Source: an uncultured Candidatus Binatia bacterium (GTDB lineage Bacteria; Desulfobacterota; Binatia; UBA9968; JAJDTQ01). From it: a stretch of DNA of 64,000 nucleotides. The notes below the pieces were generated by a model. It made no database searches. It had not been told where the DNA came from and saw only the letters and a list, made by a program, of their open reading frames with translations. Positions 1 to 10,671 of this stretch are shown here, in pieces; the stretch's first letter is position 1, and each line of letters begins with the position of its first letter. The DNA is taken from positions 1,952,001-2,016,000 of the forward strand of contig OZ243916.1 in NCBI GenBank assembly GCA_965213675.1, in the 5' to 3' direction. Made by a program: the position numbers and the translations under genes.

Positions 1-1
1 C

Positions 2-136
2 TGCCGCCAGCGCCAGCAACGCCAGGGCCGCCGCCATCCAGCCTATGGCGAAGGCCGCCGCCGCCAGACCCAGAGCCGGAAAAACGAACCGGTAGCCTTC
101 TCGTGCGATTCCGATGGGACGGTCCCCGCGCGGCAC
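2..136 (-). CDS. psd: Phosphatidylserine decarboxylase, N-terminal part (runs off the window edge)
   Basis: Hand translation from GTG at 136: VPRGDRPIGIAREGYRFVFPALGLAAAAF..., matching the IAREGYxF start of short Psd proteins; follows ilvC as in ilvBNC-psd-pssA operons. Confidence 0.7.
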   Translation of the reverse strand, partial: MPRGDRPIGIAREGYRFVFPALGLAAAAFAIGWMAAALALLALAA

Positions 137-150
137 TCGGGAACGCCGGA

Positions 151-1167
151 TCAGTTCCGGCTCTTGTCCACCAGCCGGTTCTCCGCCAGCCAGGGCATCA
201 TGGAACGGAGCTGTTCGCCCACCTTCTCGATGGGATGGGTCCGGGTGGCCTGGCGCAGTTCGTTGAAGTTGGGCGACCCGGCGCGGTGCTCGTTCATCCA
301 CTCGTCGGCAAACTTGCCGGACTGGATGTCCGCCAGGATCTCCTTCATGACCTTGCGCGTGTCGTCGTTGACGATGCGCCTCCCGCGCGTGAGATCGCCG
401 TATTCGGCGGTGTTGCTGACCGAGTAACGCATATTGGCCAGCCCGCCTTCGTAGATCAGGTCGACGATGAGCTTGACCTCGTGGCAGCACTCGAAATAGG
501 CCATCTCGGGCGGATAGCCCGCCTCCACCAGGGTCTCGTAGCCTGCCTGTATGAGCGACGTGAGGCCACCGCACAGGACCGTCTGTTCGCCGAAGAGATC
601 GGTCTCCGTCTCGTCCTTGAAGGTGGTCTCGATGACCGCGGCGCGGGCGCCGCCGATGGCCGCGGCGTAGGCCAGGCCCACGTCGCGGGTGTCGCCGGAC
701 GGGTCCTGTTGAAGCGCCAGCAGACACGGCACCCCGCGGCCGCGCTCGAACTCGCTGCGCACCAGGTGGCCGGGACCCTTGGGCGCCACCATGAAGACGT
801 TCACGTCCGCGGGCGGCACCACGCGCTTGAAGTGGATGTTGAAACCGTGTCCGAATGCCAGGTAGTTTCCGGGCTTGAGATTGGGCTGAATGACTTCCTG
901 ATAGACGCCCCCCTGGAGCTCGTCCGGCAACAGGATCATCACCACGTCCCCGGCCGCCGTCGCTTCCGCCGTCTCCATCACCGCAAGCCCCGCGTCCGCC
1001 GCCTTGGCCCAGGAAGCGCTGTCGCGCCGCAGTCCCACCACCACGTCCACCCCGGAGTCGCGCAGGTTCGTGGCGTGGGCGTGTCCCTGGCTGCCGTAAC
1101 CCAGCACGGTGACCTTGCGGTCGCGGATCCGGCTCAGATCCGCGTCCTGATCATAATACACTTGCAT
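151..1167 (-). CDS. ilvC: Ketol-acid reductoisomerase
   Basis: [34 protein letters not shown] motifs. Confidence 0.98.
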   Translation of the reverse strand: MQVYYDQDADLSRIRDRKVTVLGYGSQGHAHATNLRDSGVDVVVGLRRDSASWAKAADAGLAVMETAEATAAGDVVMILLPDELQGGVYQEVIQPNLKPGNYLAFGHGFNIHFKRVVPPADVNVFMVAPKGPGHLVRSEFERGRGVPCLLALQQDPSGDTRDVGLAYAAAIGGARAAVIETTFKDETETDLFGEQTVLCGGLTSLIQAGYETLVEAGYPPEMAYFECCHEVKLIVDLIYEGGLANMRYSVSNTAEYGDLTRGRRIVNDDTRKVMKEILADIQSGKFADEWMNEHRAGSPNFNELRQATRTHPIEKVGEQLRSMMPWLAENRLVDKSRN

Positions 1168-1225
1168 GACAAACCTCCCTGGTTCGGGCGGGTCGGGGCA
1201 AGGCGCCCTCGCTGCCCCGCTACGC

Positions 1226-1252
1226 CTGGATTCCCGCCATGGCGGGAATGAC
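1226..1252. repeat. REP/dRS3-like palindrome CTGG-ATTCCC-N8-GGGAAT-GAC
   Basis: ATTCCC GCCATGGC GGGAAT between ilvN and ilvC; related copies at 53028-53147 and 62099-62191. Confidence 0.75.
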
Positions 1253-1314
1253 GGTCACAGGCGCCGACACTGTTTTCGTCTCGATGATACGGAGGACCGC
1301 ACGATCCCGACCCG

Positions 1315-1797
1315 TTACAGGGCGTCGCGCGCGATGGCGATCCGTCCCGTGCGGACGATCTCCTTGATGCCCATGGGCTTCAGGCGATTGATGAGCGCCT
1401 CGATCTTGGCGGCGTCTCCCGACACCTCGAGGGTGTAGGTCTGCGGGGTCGAATCGACGATGTTGGCGCGGAAGATCTCCGCGATCCGGATGGCCTCGTC
1501 CCGCTGGGCTCCCTGCTTGGTGAGGATCTTGATGAGCGCGGTTTCCCGCTCGATGTGATCCTCTTCGGTCAGGTCGACGACCTTGAGAACCTCGATGACC
1601 TTGTTGAGCTGCTTCATGATCTGTTCGATGATGAACTCGTCCCCCGAGGTCACCACCGTGATCATGGATACCGTGGCGTCCGGCGTGGGCGCCACGGAGA
1701 GGCTTTCGATGTTGTAGCCGCGAGCGCTGAACAGTCCCGCCACGCGCGCGAGCACACCCGGATTGTTTTCAACCAGAACCGAAATGACATGTTCCAT
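1315..1797 (-). CDS. ilvN: Acetolactate synthase small subunit
   Basis: ACT domain VLVENNPGVLARVAGLFSARGYNIESL; C-terminal EIVRTG. Confidence 0.97.
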   Translation of the reverse strand: MEHVISVLVENNPGVLARVAGLFSARGYNIESLSVAPTPDATVSMITVVTSGDEFIIEQIMKQLNKVIEVLKVVDLTEEDHIERETALIKILTKQGAQRDEAIRIAEIFRANIVDSTPQTYTLEVSGDAAKIEALINRLKPMGIKEIVRTGRIAIARDAL

Positions 1798-1808
1798 GCA
1801 CGCAACCC

Positions 1809-3584
1809 TTACGCCGGCAGAACGGCGTCGGCATCCTCTTTCTTCTTCCGCGAAGGCTTGCGCGCGGTCTTCAGTTGCGGCGGGTCCTCCAGCATCATCT
1901 CATGCTGCGCGCCGCCGGCGGGAATCATCGGATAACAGTTCTCGAACCGGTCGATGACGAAGTCCATCATCACCGGGCCCTTGTGCTTCAAGCCCTCCTT
2001 CAGCACCGCCTCGACGTCCGCGGGACCCTCGGAGCGGAGCCCCAGGATGCCATAGGCGTCGGCGAGCTTGACGAAGTCGGGGACCGTGCCCAGTTGGCTG
2101 GAGGCGTAACGACCCTCGTAGAAGAGATCCTGCCATTGCCGCACCATCCCGTGGAATCCGTTGTTGAGCAGGATGATCTTCACCGGCAGTTCGTGGATGG
2201 CGGCCACGGCCAGCTCCTGAAGATTCATCTGGAAGCTGCCTTCGCTGGTGATGCACAGCACGGCCTTGTTGGGATAGGCCTTCTGCGCGCCCAGGGCGGC
2301 GGGGAAACCGAAGCCCATGGTGCCGAGCCCGCCCGATGTGAGGAACGTACGCTGGAGGCCGCTCTTGAAGTACTGCGCCGCCCACATCTGGTGCTGACCC
2401 ACGTCGGTGACCACAATGGCCTTGTGCTTCGTAAGCTCGTACGCCTTGTCGATGACATACTGCGGCTTGGTCTCCTTCTTGCCCTCCTGCTGGTACGCCA
2501 GCGGATGCTGCGCCGCCCAGGCGTTCACCTGCTTGAGCCAAGGTGCGCGCTGCGTCTTCACGCTCGCGGGATTGCCGTCCATGGAACTCAGCACCTGGAC
2601 CAGCTCCTTCAGCACCGCCTTGACGTCACCCACGATGGGGATGTGCGCGTGGACGTTCTTCTTGATGGACGTGGGATCGATATCGATGTGGATGACCCGC
2701 GCGCGTGGCGAGAATTCGGACAACTTGCCGGTCACGCGGTCGTCGAAGCGGGCGCCCACGGCGATGAGGAGGTCGGCTTCGTGCATGGCCATGTTGGCGC
2801 AATAGGTGCCGTGCATGCCCAGCATGCCCATGCACAGCGGATGCGTGCCGGGGAAGGAACCGAGCCCCATCACCGTCATGGTCACAGGAACCTGGGTCAG
2901 GTCCGCGAGCTCGCGCACCTCGTTGGACGCACCCGAGAACACCGCGCCGCCGCCCACGTAGATCACCGGCCGCTTGGCCTTGAGAATCTCGCCGGCCGCC
3001 TGCTTGATCTGGAAGCGGTTGCCGGAGACCGTCGGCCGGTAGCCCCGGAGCGAGACCTTGTCCGGGTAATGGAAGTCGGCGGATTCCGTGGTGACGTCCT
3101 TGGGGATATCCACCAGAACCGGGCCGGGGCGGCCGGTGTTGGCGATATAGAAGGCCTCCTTGATGACGGTGGCGAGATCCTTGACGTCCTTCACCAGCAC
3201 GTTGTGCTTGGTGCAGGGACGGCTGATGCCGATGTTGTCCGCCTCCTGGAAGGCATCGTTGCCGATGAGGCTGGTGGGAACCTGCCCGGTGAACGCCACC
3301 AGCGGCACCGAATCCATCATGGCATCCGCCAGGCCGGTGACGATGTTGGTCATGCCCGGTCCCGAGGTTACCAGCGCCACGCCCGCCTTGCCCGTGGCCT
3401 TGGCGTAGCCCTCGGCCATATGGATCGCGCCCTGCTCATGCCGGGTCAGGACAACCTCGACGTCGTTCTGCTGGTGCAGGACGTCAAACAACTTGAGGAC
3501 CACGCCGCCAGGGATGCCGAAAATGGTCTTCACTCCCTCGCGCTTGAGCGCTTCCACAAAGATTTCCGACCCGGTCAACTTCAT
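1809..3584 (-). CDS. ilvB: Acetolactate synthase large subunit
   Basis: RHEQGA, TSGPG, RFDDRVTG, DVGQHQMW, SGGLGTMG, GMVRQWQ. Confidence 0.98.
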   Translation of the reverse strand: MKLTGSEIFVEALKREGVKTIFGIPGGVVLKLFDVLHQQNDVEVVLTRHEQGAIHMAEGYAKATGKAGVALVTSGPGMTNIVTGLADAMMDSVPLVAFTGQVPTSLIGNDAFQEADNIGISRPCTKHNVLVKDVKDLATVIKEAFYIANTGRPGPVLVDIPKDVTTESADFHYPDKVSLRGYRPTVSGNRFQIKQAAGEILKAKRPVIYVGGGAVFSGASNEVRELADLTQVPVTMTVMGLGSFPGTHPLCMGMLGMHGTYCANMAMHEADLLIAVGARFDDRVTGKLSEFSPRARVIHIDIDPTSIKKNVHAHIPIVGDVKAVLKELVQVLSSMDGNPASVKTQRAPWLKQVNAWAAQHPLAYQQEGKKETKPQYVIDKAYELTKHKAIVVTDVGQHQMWAAQYFKSGLQRTFLTSGGLGTMGFGFPAALGAQKAYPNKAVLCITSEGSFQMNLQELAVAAIHELPVKIILLNNGFHGMVRQWQDLFYEGRYASSQLGTVPDFVKLADAYGILGLRSEGPADVEAVLKEGLKHKGPVMMDFVIDRFENCYPMIPAGGAQHEMMLEDPPQLKTARKPSRKKKEDADAVLPA

Positions 3585-3596
3585 CGTTTTCTCCCC

Positions 3597-3824
3597 TCAA
3601 TTCGCCGACTTGTACTTGCCAAGAATCTGCATGATCCTGTCCTTGCCGACGAGCTTCAGTTTCTGGATACGCTTCTTTTCCAACTCCTCTTCGGGCGACA
3701 GGTAACCCTTGTCATTGAGGTCGTCCAGCAGCCTTTCATACCCGAGGTGTTCTTCGTAATATTTTCGCAGTTCAGGGTCTTTGTCCAAGACAGAAGCAAT
3801 CATCTGCTCCTCTCTTTCCTCCAT
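3597..3824 (-). CDS. DUF465/YdcH-like small coiled-coil protein
   Basis: KKRIQKLKLVGKDRIMQIL C-terminus, GGAGG RBS, located just upstream of ilvB. Confidence 0.8.
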   Translation of the reverse strand: MEEREEQMIASVLDKDPELRKYYEEHLGYERLLDDLNDKGYLSPEEELEKKRIQKLKLVGKDRIMQILGKYKSAN

Positions 3825-3863
3825 ATCGAGACCTCCTGATCGAGAGTTCCGGCCAAGTTATAA

Positions 3864-3892
3864 AAACTATCCAACGGTCGCATCTTTGTCAA
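3864..3892 (-). promoter_or_regulatory. Sigma70-type promoter for the DUF465-ilv operon
   Basis: TTGACA-17 bp-TAGTTT on the minus strand. Confidence 0.65.
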
Positions 3893-3926
3893 TGCGAACG
3901 GGTGCGCCAAGGGCCTGTGAGGACCA

Positions 3927-3959
3927 CCGCTGGGAACCTGCGCCGCAGGCTCCCAGCGG
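3927..3959. terminator. GC-rich hairpin downstream of tsaB
   Basis: CCGCTGGGAACCTGC-GCC-GCAGGCTCCCAGCGG; no U tract, so termination is unproven. Confidence 0.4.
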
Positions 3960-4007
3960 CGGTTCATCGCGACCTGGTTGCTTGTCGCGCAGGAGCCGGC
4001 GCCGGAC

Positions 4008-4751
4008 TCATGTGCGGCGCGGGACATTCGCCACGGCGTCCGGTGGGCGGATGTAGTGAGGCGCCAGCGAGGCGGCGGGGGTCTCCGGCGTCGCGCGGTA
4101 CCGGGCCTCGGCGAGGCGGGCGACGGAGGCGGCGACGGAGTGAAACTCGCTGCCGTCGCTGACGCGGGCGCGCGCCGCGCCGCGCCGCGTGAGCGTTTCG
4201 GCGCAGGCTTGGGCGCCGCTTCCCAGGTACAGACACGGACCCGCGGCCGCGGCCTCCACGCGCCCGGCCATTTCCTCGGGCGCCACCAGGGTATCCTCGA
4301 TCAGGCGCTCGAAGGCCGAGGAGGTACGCCGGAAGAGTGCGGCGTAGACCTCCCCCTTGCGCGCATCCATCATGGGGCAGATGAGAGCCGACTCTTCCGC
4401 TGCCGGCACCCGGTGGGCCGAAGCCTCCAGTGTGCGCACTCCGACCACCGGGATGTCCGAGCCGTATACCAGCCCCTTGGCCGTGCTGATGCCGATGCGC
4501 AGCCCGGTAAAGGAGCCGGGACCCACGGCCACGCCCAGGAGCGAAAGCTCCGAAAACAACGTGCCGGCGCGTTGCAGCACGTCTTCGATGAGCGGCAGCA
4601 GACCTTCCGCGTGGTTCGACCGGCCCGCCCGCCGATCGCTCACGGATGCGCGCGCGCACTCGGCCAGCAACGCGCCGCCGTCCATCACGGCGGCGCTCAG
4701 GAGCGCCGTCGAGGTATCGAGTCCCAGCACTCTCATGGCAGCCACACTCAA
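4008..4751 (-). CDS. tsaB: tRNA t6A biosynthesis protein TsaB
   Basis: LGLDTST, GPGSFTGLRIG, DARKGEVY. Confidence 0.95.
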   Translation of the reverse strand: MSVAAMRVLGLDTSTALLSAAVMDGGALLAECARASVSDRRAGRSNHAEGLLPLIEDVLQRAGTLFSELSLLGVAVGPGSFTGLRIGISTAKGLVYGSDIPVVGVRTLEASAHRVPAAEESALICPMMDARKGEVYAALFRRTSSAFERLIEDTLVAPEEMAGRVEAAAAGPCLYLGSGAQACAETLTRRGAARARVSDGSEFHSVAASVARLAEARYRATPETPAASLAPHYIRPPDAVANVPRRT

Positions 4752-5830
4752 CCGAAAATCCGCGCCAGATCGTTGTAGAACGCGTAGATCATGACACCGA
4801 TCAGCAGCACCAGGCCGAATTGTTGCGCGCGTTCCCGTTGCTGCTGCCCCAGGGGTTTGCCGCGCACCGTTTCAATGAGGAAAAACAACAGGTGGCCGCC
4901 GTCCAGCATGGGAATGGGCAGCAGGTTGAGCACGCCGAGGTTGATGCTGAGGAGCGCCACCAGGAACAGGTAGTTGGCGAGTCCTCGCTGGGCTTGCTCG
5001 CCGGCCGCCTGCGCGATCATCAGGGGCCCGCCGATATTCGCGGAGTCCACCCGGCCCACGACCATCTTGGCCAGCACCTCCACCGTGAGCAGCGTCAACT
5101 CCACGGTGCGCGTCACGGCAAGCCATGCCGCGGTGAACGGGTTGAGCCGGTCCACCTCCACGCTGCCGGCGCCCTGGACGCCGATGAGCCACACGTCCTC
5201 CGTCTCGCCCAGGATGTTGGCCGTCTGTCCCCGGGTGGGACGCAGCGACACCACGAATTCCCGTCCGTCCCGCGCTACCCCCAACTCCAGTGCCCGGCCC
5301 TCGCTCTCCCGAACCGCACTGGACAATTCGTCCCAGGAACGGATGTCCTGGTCGCCGATCATGACGATACGGTCGCCGGCCTGGAGCCCGGCCCCGACCG
5401 CGGGCGAGTCCGGCTGAACCCTGCCGATCTCCGCCGTGCGGTAGGGGACGCCGAAGATGAGGAAGACCATCATGAAGACGACCACGGCCAGGACGAGGTT
5501 CGCCGCCGGGCCGGCCACCACAATGGCGCTGCGGGCCGCGAGGCTTTTCTCGGCAAACGACCGGTCCCGATCCGCGTCCAACACCTGTTCGCGCGGATCC
5601 TCGCCCATCATCTGCACGTACCCTCCCAGCGGGAAGGCGCTGATGCAGTACTCCGTTTCGCCGTATCGGCGCACCAGGATCTTGGGGCCGAAGCCGATGG
5701 AGAAAGTCAGCACGCCCACGCCGGCCTTCTTGGCCACGAGGAAGTGCCCCAGCTCGTGAAGGAACACAAGCACGCCGAAGGCCACCACGGCGGCGACGAT
5801 CATGTAAGCGACGTCGATCAATGCGCCCAC
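4748..5830 (-). CDS. rseP: RIP metalloprotease RseP
   Basis: HELGH, PDZ domain, NLLPIPMLDGG. Confidence 0.97.
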   Translation of the reverse strand: MGALIDVAYMIVAAVVAFGVLVFLHELGHFLVAKKAGVGVLTFSIGFGPKILVRRYGETEYCISAFPLGGYVQMMGEDPREQVLDADRDRSFAEKSLAARSAIVVAGPAANLVLAVVVFMMVFLIFGVPYRTAEIGRVQPDSPAVGAGLQAGDRIVMIGDQDIRSWDELSSAVRESEGRALELGVARDGREFVVSLRPTRGQTANILGETEDVWLIGVQGAGSVEVDRLNPFTAAWLAVTRTVELTLLTVEVLAKMVVGRVDSANIGGPLMIAQAAGEQAQRGLANYLFLVALLSINLGVLNLLPIPMLDGGHLLFFLIETVRGKPLGQQQRERAQQFGLVLLIGVMIYAFYNDLARIFG

Positions 5831-6984
5831 CCGTTGCGCTGCACGAGATCCTCGGCGAACGCCCGCGCCCAGCGATCGGCCTCGAGAACCTGCTCCAGGC
5901 CCCGCGGCTGGACCGGTTCGTGGGTTGCGACGGTCTCCCGGCTGATCTCGTGGATGCGGCGAAAATCGATGCGTCCGTCCAGGAAAGCCGACACCGCGAC
6001 CTCGTTGGCGGCGTTGAGGACGGGCGGCACGGTGCCGCCACGGGCGAGCGCGTCATACGCCATGTTCAGGGCGGGATAGCGCGGGCCTTCCACGTCCATG
6101 AACGTGAGCTGGCCGCCGCCGGTGAGGTCGAGGGGCGGCAGCCCGGTGTCGAGCCGTTCGGGATAGGAGAGTGCGTAAGCGATGGGAATGCGCATGTCGG
6201 GAATACCGAACTGCGCCATGACCGCTCCGTCGCGGTAGCGCACCATGGAGTGGACGATGCTCTGGGGATGGATCACCACCTCCACGCGCTCCGCGGGCAG
6301 GTCGAACAGCCAGCGCGCCTCGATGACCTCCAGCCCCTTGTTCATCATCGTGGCGGAATCGATGGTGATCTTGGGACCCATCTTCCACGTGGGATGTTCC
6401 AGCGCCTGGTCCACGGTGACATCCGGCAGTTGCGCGAGCGGGGTGCGCAGAAACGGCCCGCCCGAGGCGGTCAGGATAATCTTGTCCACGTCTTCTCGGC
6501 GGTTCCCTTGGAGGCACTGGAACACCGCGCTGTGCTCGCTGTCCACCGGCAGCAGGCGCACGCCGCGCCTGCGCGCCTCGCGCACGAAGAGTTCCCCGGA
6601 CATCACCAGGGCTTCCTTGTTGGCCAGGCCCACGTCCTTGCCCGCCTGCACCGCGGCGAAGGTGGGCACCAGCCCGGCGGCTCCCACGATGGCCGCGAGC
6701 ACGTAGTCCGAGGAGGGGTCGGTGGCCGCCGCCACCGACCCCTCCTCGCCGTGTACGAACTCCGTACGGCACCTCCCGACGAGCTTGCGCAATGCGTCCA
6801 CGTCCGCGCGTTCCCTGACGCTGACGACGCGCGGGGAAAACTCCGCCACCTGCTGCGCCAGCAACTCCAGGTTGCGTCCGGCCACGAGGCCGGTGACCTT
6901 GAAGCGGCGTTTGAACATACGGATCACGTCAAGGGCGTTGATCCCGATGGTTCCAGTGGAACCCAGGATGACGATGTGTTTCAT
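5818..6984 (-). CDS. dxr: 1-deoxy-D-xylulose-5-phosphate reductoisomerase
   Basis: LGSTGTIG, LANKE, PVDSEHSA, MNKGLEVIEA; ATG at 6984 overlaps the cdsA stop. Confidence 0.97.
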   Translation of the reverse strand: MKHIVILGSTGTIGINALDVIRMFKRRFKVTGLVAGRNLELLAQQVAEFSPRVVSVRERADVDALRKLVGRCRTEFVHGEEGSVAAATDPSSDYVLAAIVGAAGLVPTFAAVQAGKDVGLANKEALVMSGELFVREARRRGVRLLPVDSEHSAVFQCLQGNRREDVDKIILTASGGPFLRTPLAQLPDVTVDQALEHPTWKMGPKITIDSATMMNKGLEVIEARWLFDLPAERVEVVIHPQSIVHSMVRYRDGAVMAQFGIPDMRIPIAYALSYPERLDTGLPPLDLTGGGQLTFMDVEGPRYPALNMAYDALARGGTVPPVLNAANEVAVSAFLDGRIDFRRIHEISRETVATHEPVQPRGLEQVLEADRWARAFAEDLVQRNGWAH

Positions 6985-7757
6985 GCTGAACTCAATTGCA
7001 GACAATAGACCGCCACGACCCCCGGAAAGACCAGACTGTCCAGCCGGTCCATCAGGCCGCCGTGGCCTGGCAGGATGCCGCCCGAGTCCTTGGCGGCGAA
7101 GCCGCGCTTGATGATCGACTCGAACAGGTCGCCGATCTGAGCGATGATGGCGATCACCGGGGAAAACCACAGCAAGTGTGCCAGTGGAAGCGGCAGCAGC
7201 CATACACCCGACACCCATCCGGCCAGCGCTCCCCCCAGGGTGGAGGCGGCCGCACCCTCCACCGTCTTTCCCGGACTGACGGAAGGATACAACTTTCTCC
7301 GGCCCACGGCCACACCGGCGAAGTAGCCGGCGCTGTCACTGCAGAACACGACGATCAACACCCACAACACCCACTCGTAACCGCTCCGGTAGAGAACGAT
7401 GAAGTGTGGGAACAGGTAACCGAGGTACAAGGCGCCGGCGAGGGCCAGACCGAGTTGGCGGTGACGCCCCTCCACGGCGCCGCCGACGAAAACGAACGCG
7501 ACGCACAGGGCCGCCACGATCAGCGGCAACAGGCCTGACAGGCCAGGCGCCGCCAGGGTGAGGGAGAGCAGCATGCCGGCCGCCAGCCCGGTGAAGCGCG
7601 CTCCCCTGTGGGCCGGGAAGACCATGCGGCCATATTCATGAAGCGCGACGAGGACCAGGACTTCGACGAACAGCGTGAACAGCCAGACGCGGTCCGCGAC
7701 AACGATACCGACGAGGAGGGGGATTCCGACCAGTGCGGTCAGGACGCGGGCGCGCAT
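6981..7757 (-). CDS. cdsA: Phosphatidate cytidylyltransferase
   Basis: SPGKTVEG, GDLFESIIKR, KDSGGILPGHGGLMDRLDS. Confidence 0.96.
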   Translation of the reverse strand: MRARVLTALVGIPLLVGIVVADRVWLFTLFVEVLVLVALHEYGRMVFPAHRGARFTGLAAGMLLSLTLAAPGLSGLLPLIVAALCVAFVFVGGAVEGRHRQLGLALAGALYLGYLFPHFIVLYRSGYEWVLWVLIVVFCSDSAGYFAGVAVGRRKLYPSVSPGKTVEGAAASTLGGALAGWVSGVWLLPLPLAHLLWFSPVIAIIAQIGDLFESIIKRGFAAKDSGGILPGHGGLMDRLDSLVFPGVVAVYCLQLSSA

Positions 7758-7785
7758 ATGCGTAAACCGATGCGAGTGCCCCGGG

Positions 7786-8529
7786 TCAGCCCCGCAGGAT
7801 CTGCTCGTCGGTCTTGCCGAATCGGCGTTGGCGCCTTTGAAACTCCAGTAATGCCTCGATGTATTGCCGCTCGGAGAAATCGGGCCACAGCGTCGGGGTG
7901 ATGTAGAGCTCCGTGTAGGGTATCTGCCAAAGGAAGAAGTTGCTGATGCGCATCTCCCCGCTGGTGCGGATCAGGAGGTCCGGGTCGGGTAGGCGGCCGG
8001 TCTCCGTGTGGGCCGCCACCAGGTGTTCGTCGATCTCGGGCAGATCGCACTCCCCCTCCTTGACCTTGCGGGCGATGTCCCGGACGGTCCGGACGATGTC
8101 GTCACGACCGCTGTAACTCAGCGCCAGAATGACGGTGATGCCGGTGTTGTCGCGCGTGAGGTGTATGTTCCGGTCGAGCACCCGGCGCACGGATGCGGGA
8201 AGGCGCTGGCGGTCACCGATGGCCATGAGCCGGATGCCCTCGCGCATCATGCGCTCCCGCTCACACTCCAGGTAGCTCTCCAGCAACGCCATGAGCCCCT
8301 CTACCTCATCGTGCGGGCGGTTCCAGTTTTCCGAGGAGAACGCGTACAGGGAAAGGTATCGGATGCCCAGGTCGCGACTCAATTCCACCGTGGCGCGGAC
8401 CGCGGCCGTACCCTCCCGGTGGCCTTCCAGACGACTCTTGCCGCGCAGCCTGGCCCAGCGCCCATTGCCGTCCATGATGATTGCGACGTGAGTGGGCAGC
8501 CGGCTCTTTTCCAGCCCGTGGAGATTCAT
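7786..8529 (-). CDS. uppS: Undecaprenyl diphosphate synthase
   Basis: IIMDGNGRWA, FSSENWNRP, IRTSGEMRISNF. Confidence 0.97.
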   Translation of the reverse strand: MNLHGLEKSRLPTHVAIIMDGNGRWARLRGKSRLEGHREGTAAVRATVELSRDLGIRYLSLYAFSSENWNRPHDEVEGLMALLESYLECERERMMREGIRLMAIGDRQRLPASVRRVLDRNIHLTRDNTGITVILALSYSGRDDIVRTVRDIARKVKEGECDLPEIDEHLVAAHTETGRLPDPDLLIRTSGEMRISNFFLWQIPYTELYITPTLWPDFSERQYIEALLEFQRRQRRFGKTDEQILRG

Positions 8530-8733
8530 TCCGAAGACCCGAAAGCTGGCAGCGCGCGGGCTGCGCTGCGCCAGGAGCTTGCGCCGCAGGAGCTCACGGC
8601 TGCAAATCCGCTGTCATCCGTCCCTTCGGCCGCTCGATTTCGTCAAATATGACATGATACTCTCCTCAATCGACCAGCCGAAGGGACGGCGATAGCGTAT
8701 TTTCGCTTTCGCGAATTCCTGAGGCGCAAGCTC

Positions 8734-9291
8734 CTAGACCTCCATGATCTCCTCTTCCTTGGCCTTGAGGAATCCGTCCACCTTGCCGACGAAGTCCGCG
8801 GTGATCTTCTGAACGCGTTCCTGGCCCTGCTTGACTTCGTCCTCGGTGATCTCCTTGTCCTTCTGCATCGACTTCAGCTCTTCGATGGCGGCGCGACGAT
8901 GGTTGCGTACGGAGATCCGGTACTCCTCCGCGGTCTTGCGCACCTGCTTCACCAGATCCTTGCGGCGCTCGCCGCTGAGTTCCGGAATGGGCACCCGAAC
9001 AAGCTTGCCGTCATTGGCCGGCATGAGGCCCAGATCCGCCTTCAGAATGGCCTTCTCGATGGCGGCGATGGCGTTCCTGTCATACGCCTGAATCGTCACC
9101 AGCCGAGGTTCGGGGACGGCGATGGTGGCGATCTGGTTCAAGGGTGCCTGGGTGCCGTAGTATTCCACCACCACCCCATCGAAGAGGGAGGCCGAAGCCC
9201 TGCCGGTGCGCACCCGGCCAAACTCCCGGCGCATGGCGACCATGGTCTTGTCCAGGTCGTCCTGAAAGGCTTGGAAGAAGATGTCGTCCAT
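8734..9291 (-). CDS. frr: Ribosome recycling factor
   Basis: RTGRAS, YYG..PLNQIA, KEEEIMEV; synteny. Confidence 0.97.
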   Translation of the reverse strand: MDDIFFQAFQDDLDKTMVAMRREFGRVRTGRASASLFDGVVVEYYGTQAPLNQIATIAVPEPRLVTIQAYDRNAIAAIEKAILKADLGLMPANDGKLVRVPIPELSGERRKDLVKQVRKTAEEYRISVRNHRRAAIEELKSMQKDKEITEDEVKQGQERVQKITADFVGKVDGFLKAKEEEIMEV

Positions 9292-9297
9292 CTGTCG

Positions 9298-10038
9298 CTA
9301 CCTGCCGGCCTGGCCGGTCATGCTCACCAAGGTACCGATGGGTTGGCCGCTGACCACCCTGCGTATGTTGCCCGGCTCCATGACGTTGAAGACGATGATG
9401 GGAAGCCGGTTATCCATGCAAAGGGAAATGGCGGTGGAATCCATCACCTTGAGTTCCTTGCGGAGCACCTCCATGTGGGTCAACTCGCGGAACAGCTTTG
9501 CGTCGTGATTCTTGAGCGGATCGGTGTCGTACACGCCGCGCACCTTGGTGGCCTTCAGGATCACCTCGGCGCCCACTTCCATGGCGCGCAGGCTCGCGGT
9601 CGTATCCGTCGTGAAGAAGGGGTTGCCGGTGCCACCCGCCAGAATTACCACGCGGCCCTTCTCCAGGTGCCGCACGGCGCGCCGGCGAATGTACAGTTCG
9701 GCCACCTGCCGCATCTCGATGGCCGACATCACCCGAGTCGAGACGCCGATCTTTTCGAGCGCGTCCTGCAGCGCGATGCTGTTGATGACCGTGGCGAGCA
9801 TGCCCATGTAGTCGGCGCTCGCCCGGTCGATGCCGTGTTCGCTGGCCTCGGCGCCGCGCAGGATGTTGCCGCCGCCCATGACCAGTGCGATCTCGCAACC
9901 CAGTTCGTGGACCTCCCGAATCTCCTCCACGAACCGCGCGACCGTTGCTGGATCGATGCCGTACTGGCGCTCTCCTGTAAGAACCTCCCCCGTGATCTTC
10001 AGAATGACTCGGTGGTATTTCAACTCCGCGTCCGTCAT
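9298..10038 (-). CDS. pyrH: UMP kinase
   Basis: [24 protein letters not shown]. Confidence 0.98.
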   Translation of the reverse strand: MTDAELKYHRVILKITGEVLTGERQYGIDPATVARFVEEIREVHELGCEIALVMGGGNILRGAEASEHGIDRASADYMGMLATVINSIALQDALEKIGVSTRVMSAIEMRQVAELYIRRRAVRHLEKGRVVILAGGTGNPFFTTDTTASLRAMEVGAEVILKATKVRGVYDTDPLKNHDAKLFRELTHMEVLRKELKVMDSTAISLCMDNRLPIIVFNVMEPGNIRRVVSGQPIGTLVSMTGQAGR

Positions 10039-10059
10039 TCGATGGCACCCTGGTGAGGA

Positions 10060-10665
10060 CTAGTCCTTCATGCCTTCGCCAACCGAGTAGCGGACGAAGC
10101 GCCGGACACGGATGTTTTCCCCCAAGCGCGCGATGGCGTCCTGAATCAGGTCCTTGACGCGACGGGCGGGCTCCTTGATGAACGCCTGCTCCATAAGACA
10201 GGCATCCTCGTAGAAGCGCTCCATTTTACCGGCGACGATCTTGTCCAACACCGCCGCCGGCTTGTTGAGCTCGGCCGCCTGCTGCCGGTAGATGGATTTC
10301 TCCCGCTCCAACTCTTCGTCGCCGACATCCTCGCGTTGGACGTAACGCGGGTTTGCCGCGGCGACCTGCATCGAGAGGTCCTTCACCAGGGCCTGAAACT
10401 CCTCGGTCCGGGCCACGAAATCGGTCTCGCAGTTGACCTCCAGCAAAACCCCGATCTTGCTGCCGCCGTGGATGTACGCGCCCACCAATCCTTCGCTGGC
10501 CTCGCGCTCGGACTTGCGCGCCGCCAAGGCGAGCCCTTTCGCCCTCAGGTGGTCGACAGATTTTTCGAAGTCACCCTCGCACTCCAGGAGGGCCTTCTTG
10601 CAGTCCATGAAACCCGCGCCGGTCTTGTCCCGCAACTGCTTGACTACATTCGCATCGATGGCCAT
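10060..10665 (-). CDS. tsf: Elongation factor Ts (short form)
   Basis: LRDKTGAGFMDCKKAL, EVNCETDFVA. Confidence 0.97.
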   Translation of the reverse strand: MAIDANVVKQLRDKTGAGFMDCKKALLECEGDFEKSVDHLRAKGLALAARKSEREASEGLVGAYIHGGSKIGVLLEVNCETDFVARTEEFQALVKDLSMQVAAANPRYVQREDVGDEELEREKSIYRQQAAELNKPAAVLDKIVAGKMERFYEDACLMEQAFIKEPARRVKDLIQDAIARLGENIRVRRFVRYSVGEGMKD

Positions 10666-10671
10666 GCTCTC

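Noticed and set aside
10060-10665. EF-Ts of only 201 aa
   Set aside because: Short EF-Ts is a known normal form in several phyla, not a truncation.
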